Positions 24,260 to 31,984 of a stretch of DNA of 32,000 nucleotides are shown piece after piece (within the stretch, counting starts at the first letter, position 1; every line of letters starts with the position of its first letter). The translations under genes and the position numbers were made by a program. The DNA comes from an uncultured Clostridium sp. GTDB taxonomy: Bacteria; Bacillota; Clostridia; TANB77; CAG-508. The DNA lies in contig CANTGH010000005.1 of the NCBI GenBank assembly GCA_947653235.1, positions 72,491 through 104,490 on the forward strand. The letters are read 5' to 3'. The notes beneath the pieces are model-generated. The model was not told where the DNA came from, searched no databases, and was given only the letters and a program-made list of their open reading frames with translations.

Positions 24260-24890
24260 AATTTTTTTAAACTTTTTGTATATTTTTTTTTTGTTTGACC
24301 ATAATAATATTATAAGGTTTATATTAACCTAACTTAGAGTGATATTAGGTCAATTTTTGGCTTTTTATTATTCGAGCTAAGATGTAATGTAGCTGAAGAA
24401 ATCCTTTGGTTATCTTATGTTGGACGCGACGAGTATATTATTTGTTTGTAAGCTATTAAATATTCATTTTTACCATGTCTAATTAATGGTTAAATAATAG
24501 GTAATATATTCAAAGTCATGATGATACTTGTATTTCGCCGTGGTTGTTATTAGTCTCATTTGGGAGATGAATATGGTTATGGCAAGTGCATTTATTATCT
24601 AGCAACGGATTGATATATGTGGTATATAGCTTATTCATATAGTGATATATGTTAGGTTAGACTATTATGTATATTGGTTTTAGCTGAAAGCTAATATAAG
24701 CTTTATCGATGAACCGGTATCAAGTGTATTCTTGATACCGGTTTCAAAATTGTTGTTTCCACTGATGGTGCTTGTTTGAAGAGAATTTAAATTTAACATT
24801 CTCCTTTATTATAGCTATTTAAAAAATAAGGTTTAATTTACTAAAATTTAATTACAAAACCAAAAAGAAAAGGAACTCTCCTCCTCTTTT
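24260..24890. other. ORF-free block with coding-like GC content: candidate structured RNA, DNA processing site (oriT-like) or deeply decayed gene
   Basis: No ORF of 60 codons or more in six frames. By hand count, 24421-24780 is about 31% GC (G 73, C 39 on the + strand), against about 17% for the flanking spacer 24241-24300. There are multiple local hairpins. A 14-bp perfect hairpin lies at 24711-24745. Confidence 0.35.
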
Positions 24891-24899
24891 CAGTTGTTT

Positions 24900-25250
24900 T
24901 TACAGTATAGAAGACCTTACATTTTTAGTCAATCCATCGTAAAATTCATTCACTGCATCCATACTTCCAAAGGCAAATCTGAATTTTACATAATTTTTAT
25001 CCTTTTGCTTGTATGGAAAAACTTTTTTAAGCGACGCTGAGCAACTTTTTGCCCATTTAATCGTGGCTCGGCAGCGATCATAGTCCCTTTGTTCAATCTC
25101 TGTCTTTGCCCATTTATCCCGCATTTTGATAAAATCTTCCTCACATCCATCGATGTTATTAGTCTGATTTAATTTGATGGGCATATGCATTGGTATACCT
25201 ACTGTTACTAAAAATTCTTCCACTTTTGGCTCGTAAATTGTAATACTCAT
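24900..25250 (-). CDS. hypothetical cytoplasmic protein (116 aa), no recognisable family
   Basis: Good RBS (GAAGGAGGG) with an ATG start. A weak hairpin plus T-run lies downstream, around 24850-24895. Confidence 0.7.
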   Translation of the reverse strand: MSITIYEPKVEEFLVTVGIPMHMPIKLNQTNNIDGCEEDFIKMRDKWAKTEIEQRDYDRCRATIKWAKSCSASLKKVFPYKQKDKNYVKFRFAFGSMDAVNEFYDGLTKNVRSSIL

Positions 25251-25353
25251 TTAAGTTCCCTCCTTCAATTTTAAGAATTTTCTTATAGATGGGAGAACAA
25301 AATGCCTCCCGAATACTCGAAAGGCTATTCTTCAAAGAACCTTCTAAGTTAGT

Positions 25354-25382
25354 ATTATTACATATTTATACAAAAATGTCAA
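25354..25382 (-). promoter_or_regulatory. possible promoter of the 116-aa gene (about 100-nt leader)
   Basis: TTGACA - 16/17 nt - TAATAAT on the minus strand. Confidence 0.4.
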
Positions 25383-25504
25383 TATCTTCTCATTTTTTCT
25401 ATCCTTTTTTGATTGAATAATGAAATATTTAAAAATAAAAAACAATACTTTAAAATTAACAACCATACTTGCTTTTATGGAAATTTATATCATAAGAAAT
25501 CTAC

Positions 25505-25533
25505 TTGACATAATTTTATTTTTATGGTATGAT
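25505..25533 (+). promoter_or_regulatory. orphan near-consensus promoter pointing into the 3' end of the convergent ATPase-transglutaminase gene
   Basis: TTGACA - 17 nt (ending in TGG, an extended -10) - TATGAT. No + strand ORF lies downstream. Confidence 0.5.
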
Positions 25534-25599
25534 AGAATTAGGAAGTTATGTCATTTTTAACAAACTAGAAATAGATCTCAAGTGCAAAATATCGATATT

Positions 25600-27270
25600 T
25601 TAATTAAGTGCCCCACTCATTATCCTAAACTTCAAATCTTTCTCCCAAATTTCCTGCAATCTTTCAAAATTTTTATTGGGGTTTTGCATAAGCTCTGCTA
25701 AATTATCTAATTCTTGATATTCCTCTTCTGATAACTCAAATTTCTTTTTTTGCACATAGCTTGGCATATGTAAAAATATGATTTCATCATTCATCAAACA
25801 ATGAAAATCGTAAAATAATCCTCGCATAGCTGCTTTTAAACCAGTTGTTACAGGATTGGAAGCATAGGCAATTTCTTTTTCTTGATAACGACTTTGTCGC
25901 ATTCCTAGCCAAGCATTTACACCAAACAAAAACTTTTCCCTTGGTAAAGCAAATGGATTAAAATTGATAGCATTGCAACAACAATCCGCATCGGCTAATA
26001 TCCATCTCTTTTCCTTTTCGTCAAAATATTCTGTAATCCAATGATCCCAATAAACTCCTTCATTCGATGTATATTCAGCAAATCCTGACCTTGCTCTTGC
26101 TGGAATTCCTTTAGCTTTTAAAATACTGGCTAGCAAAATTGCCTGTGCTCGACAAGTGACATGAATTTTGTTTTGAATGCTCCTTTTTATTTCATAATTT
26201 GGATTTTTTCTTAATAATTCTGCCAAAACACTTTGGGCTGTTGGGAAAATATCGTCTTCAAAAATCAGTCTCGTTTCTGGAATTTTGGTCATATCACCGT
26301 AAAAACTGTTAGGGTCTTTTCTGGTTTCATCAATAAATGAAATAATTGGTGCAATGGCTTCTTGATACGATTGATTTTTGAGTTCATTAAAATCGCTGAG
26401 GAAAAAGTCTACCGTACTTTCGGGCAATTTTTCTTCCAGCTCGCTAATAATTTCATTTCGATATTCTATTTCCAAAATTAATTTTCGCAAATTGGAAAAC
26501 GACATTTGTTTTTTCACCAGTAAGATGTGAATACTATGTCTTAAAACACGTTCTAGTTTTGAATTGTATAAATCAGCAATTAACGATTTGAACAAAGTCA
26601 ACATCAATTCTGTGGAAGTTACAATATCTTTTCCAGAATTTCTGAATAAATTGACACGATCTTCCATTTTTTTAAAATCAATTACTGCCGTCTTTTCTAA
26701 ACCGCCAATGTCGTTTTCCATAGCAGCATGTGGATCAATGACAACAATTTTGTAATCCATTTGATAATTGGCATTTTTTTGAATATTAGCAATCATAGAG
26801 CTCATAAATTTAGACTTGCCTGAACCACTACTTCCTACAACTAATGAATGTTTGGCAAAATCATAAGAATGTAAGGGAAGAAAACAATCGTCATTTAGGT
26901 AGGGAAATCCATTGATTTTTAAAATCGTATTTCTTTCCTCACTTTTTAGTAAATGCAAAGATTTTTGTATATCTAAAAATTTAATGGCATCTTTTTTGTA
27001 AAAAAATCGATTATAATTTGAAAAATCAATGCTTAAAAATTGATGTGGAATATTAAATAAAGCTATTTTTTGAATATTTTTATTACCTTTTTTGAAAAAT
27101 AATTTGGTAAAAAATAAAAAATTATTTTTGCAATATGGCCAAATGGTAATTTGTGAAATTTCCAAATTTCTTGCCTTTTTTACTTCATTTTTATCATACA
27201 CATCTAAGATATTGCGTTCTTGATTGGTAATAAAATAATTGAAATTTCGCATGGATTTTTTCTTTTTCAT
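25600..27270 (-). CDS. chimeric protein: HerA/FtsK/VirD4-superfamily P-loop NTPase N-terminal part fused to a transglutaminase-like cysteine protease domain
   Basis: Walker A VVGSSGSGKS and VVIDPHAA (DUF87/T4SS-ATPase-like), with a possible Walker B at IISFIDE. From about aa 340 it has a complete transglutaminase-core pattern: VTCRAQAILLASILKAKGIPAR, WDHWITEYF and WILADAD (Cys-His-Asp). Confidence 0.7.
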   Translation of the reverse strand: MKKKKSMRNFNYFITNQERNILDVYDKNEVKKARNLEISQITIWPYCKNNFLFFTKLFFKKGNKNIQKIALFNIPHQFLSIDFSNYNRFFYKKDAIKFLDIQKSLHLLKSEERNTILKINGFPYLNDDCFLPLHSYDFAKHSLVVGSSGSGKSKFMSSMIANIQKNANYQMDYKIVVIDPHAAMENDIGGLEKTAVIDFKKMEDRVNLFRNSGKDIVTSTELMLTLFKSLIADLYNSKLERVLRHSIHILLVKKQMSFSNLRKLILEIEYRNEIISELEEKLPESTVDFFLSDFNELKNQSYQEAIAPIISFIDETRKDPNSFYGDMTKIPETRLIFEDDIFPTAQSVLAELLRKNPNYEIKRSIQNKIHVTCRAQAILLASILKAKGIPARARSGFAEYTSNEGVYWDHWITEYFDEKEKRWILADADCCCNAINFNPFALPREKFLFGVNAWLGMRQSRYQEKEIAYASNPVTTGLKAAMRGLFYDFHCLMNDEIIFLHMPSYVQKKKFELSEEEYQELDNLAELMQNPNKNFERLQEIWEKDLKFRIMSGALN

Positions 27271-27493
27271 CTACTTTTTTTAATAAAAAATCACTTAAAT
27301 GACTGATTACTGATGGCAATTTGCGAGAAGTCCTGACAAAATAGCGCACGGTGTTTTGTTCTATTTTGATGAAAATATCCCATTTTCGAAATCGACCATT
27401 GAGTTTTGAAATTTCAAAAATTAAATTTAACCATGCCTCTTCTGTGACAAATTTTGAAGTTAAAAAGATTTCGGATACAATTTTTTTGCGCAT
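27194..27493 (-). pseudogene. N-terminal fragment belonging to the ATPase gene, separated by a +1 frame change
   Basis: Its last 77 nt overlap the start of the 556-aa ORF. Removing one A from the A6 tract (T6 on the + strand, 27256-27261) joins the two frames. Preferred start is the ATG at 27493, preceded by AAAGGAG. Confidence 0.5.
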
Positions 27494-27535
27494 ATTTTTC
27501 TCCTTTAGCATGATTTTATCACGTTAAACAGAAAA

Positions 27536-27571
27536 AAAACTGACTTTTTTGATATCAAAAAAGTCAGTTTT
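27536..27571 (-). terminator. perfect-palindrome intrinsic terminator after the AraC-family gene
   Basis: AAAACTGACTTTTTTGATATCAAAAAAGTCAGTTTT followed by a T-run on the minus strand. Confidence 0.75.
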
Positions 27572-28367
27572 CGATGGGAATCCAAAATTCAGTCATGCCA
27601 TCATGATAATATTCAATTTCTGGAATATTTCTTAAATTATAGGTTAAAATTGGCAAAATTTCTATATAAAATTTATGAGACATTTCTTGAATATCTTTAG
27701 CATTCTGGGAAAAAATATCAAATTTTAACCATTTACTTTTGGGAATACAATATTTCTCAAATTCGTCAATTTTTTTATCATACAAAACCCAATATTCGAA
27801 TTGATCACTTTCAAATCTATCTTTATAGATTACCATACCATATTTTATAGTTCCATATTGATTTTTATACTTTTTTTGCATTTCTTTAAAGAAAGCTGGT
27901 GCTTCCTTAGAAATCGTAGCTTCACAGGTTTTTATACCCTTGCCATATAAAATCATTTCTTTTTTTTCGAAAATACTATATTGAACCTCTGGTTCTTCTT
28001 TTATATTTTCTTCAAAATGAATTTTAGTAAAAATTTTCAATCCTTCAGAATGATGTTTGACATGACTTGGCTTTATTCCATGAAATTTTTCAAAAGCTCT
28101 AGAAAATGATGTTGCACTTTCATATTGATACTTTTGTGCAATTTCCATTATTTTTTCATTATTTTTACATAAATGAAATCCTGCATTAGATAAACGCCTT
28201 TTACGAATATACTCCGAAACGGTCATATTACAAATAACACTAAAAATACTTTTCATTGTGTATTCATTGACGCCAAGAATTTTTGCTAATTTCTCATATT
28301 TTATCTCATCTTGAAGGTTATTTTCGATATAATCTATCATTTCATTTAACGATTTATAAATATTCAT
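27564..28367 (-). CDS. AraC-family transcriptional regulator with GyrI-like effector-binding domain
   Basis: The N-terminal HTH_18 pattern is YEKLAKILGVNEYTMKSIF...TVSEYIRKRRLS..., then YESATSFSRAFEKFHGIKPS. The C-terminal ~150 aa looks like a GyrI/Cass2-type domain. Preferred start is MNIYKS at 28367, with AAAGGAG upstream. Confidence 0.85.
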   Translation of the reverse strand: MNIYKSLNEMIDYIENNLQDEIKYEKLAKILGVNEYTMKSIFSVICNMTVSEYIRKRRLSNAGFHLCKNNEKIMEIAQKYQYESATSFSRAFEKFHGIKPSHVKHHSEGLKIFTKIHFEENIKEEPEVQYSIFEKKEMILYGKGIKTCEATISKEAPAFFKEMQKKYKNQYGTIKYGMVIYKDRFESDQFEYWVLYDKKIDEFEKYCIPKSKWLKFDIFSQNAKDIQEMSHKFYIEILPILTYNLRNIPEIEYYHDGMTEFWIPIEN

Positions 28368-28503
28368 TTTGTCTCCTTTTTGATTATTATACAATATTTT
28401 ACACCAAACTTCTATAATTTTACTCGATTTACTAATTATTTTTATTATTTTGTTGCAATCTAGCTTCTTATTTTATATAATTTTAAAAGTTTGGAGGAGA
28501 AAA

Positions 28504-29973
28504 ATGAAAAAATTGAAATCTAATTTAATTGTTATCGCTTTCTTTAGTTTGACCTTTTTCTTCCTTGTTTTACGCATTTTTCCTGTTAACTTTTCTTGTA
28601 TGGATGAAATCTGGAATTTTCAAAATATTTATAAAATGTATCACAACGGCTTAATTTATAAGGATAATAATGTAATCGTTACACCCATCTTTTTTATCAT
28701 TGGAAATTTTTTGTTTCATTTATTTCATGCTAATTTGACTGTTTTTAGATTTTATAATGTTGGAATTTACCTGATCAAATTTGTTTTAATCTATTTAATT
28801 TTCAGAAGTTATCGCATAAAAAGATTTCTTGCATTTTTATATACTTCTATCTGGCTTATAATTGACTTTCCTTATATTTCATCTGGTGCAAATTATAACC
28901 AATTGGCTATTATCTTTTGCTTGATTGGCACTTTATGGCATATTTCTAGTCATTCAAAGAATAATTACCATTTTATACAAGGATTAATTTTGTTTTTTGT
29001 ATTTTTTACCAAACAAACCATTGGAGTTTATTATGGACTAGGACTTTTTCTGTTTGAAATAATAGAAATTCGTCTAAACCAAGATTTCTTCAAAAATCAA
29101 TTACAAAAACTCTTTACTTTTTTATCTTGCACTTTTTTATTTTTGCTTGTCTTCTTTTTGAGAGGAAATCTAGGTAATTTTATTAATTTATGTTTTGGCA
29201 GTATTTTGGAATTTGCTAGGTCAAATTTTCATTTTTCTTGGGATACTTTTGAATATATAATTGCCATTGCATTTATCATTACATTCTCAATTTTTGTAAT
29301 TAATTCAGAAAAGATTTCAGCAATTACACAAAAAAATGCAAAGTTTTTATTATGCTTAAGTATTGGTATGTTATTTAATATTTTACCTTTAATGAATTCT
29401 TATCATATTAATCTATCCATTTTATTTTTTTATTTGTTATTTATTTATATAGTGAATGAATTATTGATAAGCGAAATATTTTGTACAAGATTTCATGAGC
29501 AGCTTTCTACTGTTATTTATATTGGTATCATTTTAGCACTTTTTATTAAAATCGGTTCTTTTTATTTTAGAGATTTTACTACTTTTGAGCATTTTGATAA
29601 AAGTCATCCATTTTACAATGTACCAATTTCTACCGAAAATATTAAAAAAATAAACAATATGACACAATATATAAAATCCAAAAATTCAGAAGGAATTCAA
29701 GTTCTGGTGTTATCTTATGAAGCCAGTATGTATATGATTCCATTATCAATTAACAATGGCGAATTCGATTTACTTTTTCGTGGAAACTTAGGATATCATG
29801 GCATTGAAAATATTATTCAAAAAATAGAGCATATGAAAAACACGGAATTTTTAATTTTTACCAATGCAGAGAACTGTTTTTTTCAAGAATCCCAAGATAT
29901 TCGAGATTACATTCTAAAGAACTTTGAAAAAAAAGATGAAATTTTAGAATATTCTATTTACATAAATGAATAA
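28504..29973 (+). CDS. GT-C fold polytopic membrane glycosyltransferase (ArnT/PMT-like)
   Basis: About 489 aa from the ATG at 28504, with GGAGGAG upstream. It has 10 or more hydrophobic helices, a DE motif in the first loop (CMDEIWNF) and a soluble C-terminal domain. Confidence 0.6.
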   Translation: MKKLKSNLIVIAFFSLTFFFLVLRIFPVNFSCMDEIWNFQNIYKMYHNGLIYKDNNVIVTPIFFIIGNFLFHLFHANLTVFRFYNVGIYLIKFVLIYLIFRSYRIKRFLAFLYTSIWLIIDFPYISSGANYNQLAIIFCLIGTLWHISSHSKNNYHFIQGLILFFVFFTKQTIGVYYGLGLFLFEIIEIRLNQDFFKNQLQKLFTFLSCTFLFLLVFFLRGNLGNFINLCFGSILEFARSNFHFSWDTFEYIIAIAFIITFSIFVINSEKISAITQKNAKFLLCLSIGMLFNILPLMNSYHINLSILFFYLLFIYIVNELLISEIFCTRFHEQLSTVIYIGIILALFIKIGSFYFRDFTTFEHFDKSHPFYNVPISTENIKKINNMTQYIKSKNSEGIQVLVLSYEASMYMIPLSINNGEFDLLFRGNLGYHGIENIIQKIEHMKNTEFLIFTNAENCFFQESQDIRDYILKNFEKKDEILEYSIYINE

Positions 29974-30022
29974 TTTATGCTATAATAAATAAGTAAATAA
30001 CTTTAAAATAGGAGTATATTTT

Positions 30023-30223
30023 ATGAAATTAGGAAATAAAAATAAGAATAAAAAACAAGAAAAAAAAGAGCCCTCAGATACTCAAAATGACATCGAAATC
30101 GTTTATGGTGATAATTCTAACTTAGCCATTTCAGATGTAGGAAGCTGTGTAAATGATTTGAGACCCAAAAATCAAGAAAAAAAGAAAAAGGAAATTGTTA
30201 TTCCGAAAAATAAAAACAAATAA
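30023..30223 (+). CDS. small Lys-rich hypothetical protein
   Basis: 66 aa. An RBS-like AGGAG lies 9 nt upstream, followed by a terminator. Low-complexity K/N/E termini flank a short ordered core, so coding status is uncertain. Confidence 0.4.
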   Translation: MKLGNKNKNKKQEKKEPSDTQNDIEIVYGDNSNLAISDVGSCVNDLRPKNQEKKKKEIVIPKNKNK

Positions 30224-30250
30224 AAAATCAAGCTTTAAAGCTTGATTTTT
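30223..30250. terminator. bidirectional intrinsic terminator
   Basis: AAAAATCAAGCTTTAAAGCTTGATTTTT. Confidence 0.8.
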
Positions 30251-31889
30251 ATTTTTCAATAGATCTCATAAAAAGAATTTTAAATTCTCCATATTCTTCC
30301 AAAGTAAATCCGTTTTCAAGTAATTCATTGATTTTAGAATTGTCATTTTTTATGATATAAACCGCCTCTTTATCAATTTGACTTGGTATTTCAAATTTGT
30401 ATTTTCCATATTGTACAATTATTCCATTATTAATCAGTAAATTTTCATTCCATTCGTAGGGTGAAACTGGTGTTGCAATTAATGTATATATATAGGTTTG
30501 ATTTAGCGAATTCTCCACATAAATACAAGATTTATCTAATTCTTCCGCTCTTTTTGAAGCTTGTATGATATCATTTTCAAAATAACTTAATTTAGTATTG
30601 GCAAAATCTGTAAAATAATAATTTAAAAAAATTACAAAATTAATACAATATAAACTAATAATTACAATTCCTAAATATTTTGAATTTCTAAATATCGTAT
30701 ATAAAAAAACTCCAGCAAAATAAATCATTGGAACGTAAATTGCATTGATTTTATTAATATTTACATCTTCTATACACAATGCCATAGAAAAGATAACCAC
30801 AAAAGTAACAACCATCATCAAATCTAAGGTAAATTTTTTCTGTTTTATTGCCTTAATACTACATTTTACAGACTTAATCAGTCCAAATACAACCAGTGGT
30901 ATTGATAATTTGTATAATGTGCCAAATTCTGGAATAGCATTATAATTTAGAAAATCTTTGACGAATAAAACATCAAATATATTTTTCAGATTATTGGAAA
31001 TATTTCTTAATGAGATTTCGCCACCACGGAAAAACCACAATTTGGGTATCGAAAATATAGGAATTGTAGCATTGGTAATTATATTGCTATTGTATAAAAT
31101 CATTAAAAATAATGGTATGGCTAATATGCCAAGTGGAATTGCTATACAGATTATATCTTTAAAGCTTGTTTTTTGGATAATAAATAAATATCCTAATAAA
31201 ATTGCTAAAATAATCGGTATTACTAGATAAGAAATCACATAAGTGTATAGAGTCAATCCAAAAAATATACCTGTTATAGCATATAAATATCTTTTATTGG
31301 TTTTTACTGCTTTTATGAAAAAATAAAGAGAAATAAGCATCATGGAACACATTAAATTACAATCTAATCCCCAACGTGACCTCATAATATTCCATGGACA
31401 TACTGCCAAAACTAATATAGATAGCAAAGCCTGTATCTTGCTGTGACTTTCCGCTACAATTTTATAAAAACAAACCAACAAAGCTAAACTCAATAAGATA
31501 GAAGGCATGCGAAATACAATAATATAATTTCCAAAAATCTTTATCATAATTGCTGCTAAATAAGCATATAAGGCACTTTGACCACCACCAAAATTAATTA
31601 GATATACTGGAAATTTATACAAATATCGGTCTACACCATAATTGGAAATACATATAGCATCATAAAATGCACCAGCTTCATCAACATGTAAACCTTGCGG
31701 TACTTGTTTTAATTTATAACTAATACTTATTGAAAATAGAATTAGGATTATAAAAAAGAGAATTTTAGCATATTTTTTAATAAAAGGACTTTCCTGTTCT
31801 TCATATATTAAAGTACATTTTTTTACACTACTTACAACGCAAATTATAACTGCTATTATAAATAATACATCTTGTATTTTCATTATCAT
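30249..31889 (-). CDS. GT-C fold membrane glycosyltransferase (GT39/GT83, ArnT/PMT-like)
   Basis: 546 aa and polytopic. The first extracytoplasmic loop has GLHVDEAGAFYDA (DE motif). Soluble C-terminal domain. RBS AAGGAGG. Confidence 0.7.
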   Translation of the reverse strand: MIMKIQDVLFIIAVIICVVSSVKKCTLIYEEQESPFIKKYAKILFFIILILFSISISYKLKQVPQGLHVDEAGAFYDAICISNYGVDRYLYKFPVYLINFGGGQSALYAYLAAIMIKIFGNYIIVFRMPSILLSLALLVCFYKIVAESHSKIQALLSILVLAVCPWNIMRSRWGLDCNLMCSMMLISLYFFIKAVKTNKRYLYAITGIFFGLTLYTYVISYLVIPIILAILLGYLFIIQKTSFKDIICIAIPLGILAIPLFLMILYNSNIITNATIPIFSIPKLWFFRGGEISLRNISNNLKNIFDVLFVKDFLNYNAIPEFGTLYKLSIPLVVFGLIKSVKCSIKAIKQKKFTLDLMMVVTFVVIFSMALCIEDVNINKINAIYVPMIYFAGVFLYTIFRNSKYLGIVIISLYCINFVIFLNYYFTDFANTKLSYFENDIIQASKRAEELDKSCIYVENSLNQTYIYTLIATPVSPYEWNENLLINNGIIVQYGKYKFEIPSQIDKEAVYIIKNDNSKINELLENGFTLEEYGEFKILFMRSIEK

Positions 31890-31955
31890 ACTAAAATACC
31901 TCCTTAGAGATTATAACAAAGCTGTATATTTTTGTCAATTTTTTTGATAAATTCC

Positions 31956-31984
31956 TTGACAAATGGGAATAATACGTTTATAAT
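31956..31984 (+). promoter_or_regulatory. consensus sigma-A promoter reading out of the right edge
   Basis: TTGACA - 17 nt - TATAAT. Confidence 0.6.

Noticed and set aside
24711-24745. GAACCGGTATCAAG...CTTGATACCGGTTTC hairpin considered as group II intron domain V, or as a clean intrinsic terminator.
   Set aside because: The stem is perfectly paired, with no 2-nt bulge, no AGC triad context and no GNRA loop, so it is not domain V. The downstream tract (TCAAAATTGTTGTTTCC) is only weakly T-rich, so the terminator call is left open as part of the ORF-free block finding.
24680-24799. 39-codon minus-strand ORF (MLNLNSLQTSTISGNNNFETGIKNTLDTGSSIKLILAFS) inside the ORF-free block, preceded by TATAAT and AAAGGAG.
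   Set aside because: The SD ends only 1 nt before the ATG. The peptide has no hydrophobic or otherwise recognisable character. The ORF also runs straight through the 14-bp hairpin. It is probably fortuitous.
25262-25345. The leader of the 116-aa gene considered as a preQ1-I-like riboswitch (short GGGAG/CTCCC hairpin followed by an A-rich tail before the SD).
   Set aside because: The loop and tail do not match the conserved preQ1-I nucleotides as I remember them. The downstream gene also has no link to queuosine metabolism.
11928-28503. Longer N-terminal extensions given by the ORF track for several genes (11960, 13882, 27511, 28394, 28450).
   Set aside because: In each case an internal ATG with a well-spaced GGAGG-type SD exists (11927, 13966, 27493, 28367, 28504). 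The upstream extension either overlaps the preceding gene or lacks an SD.
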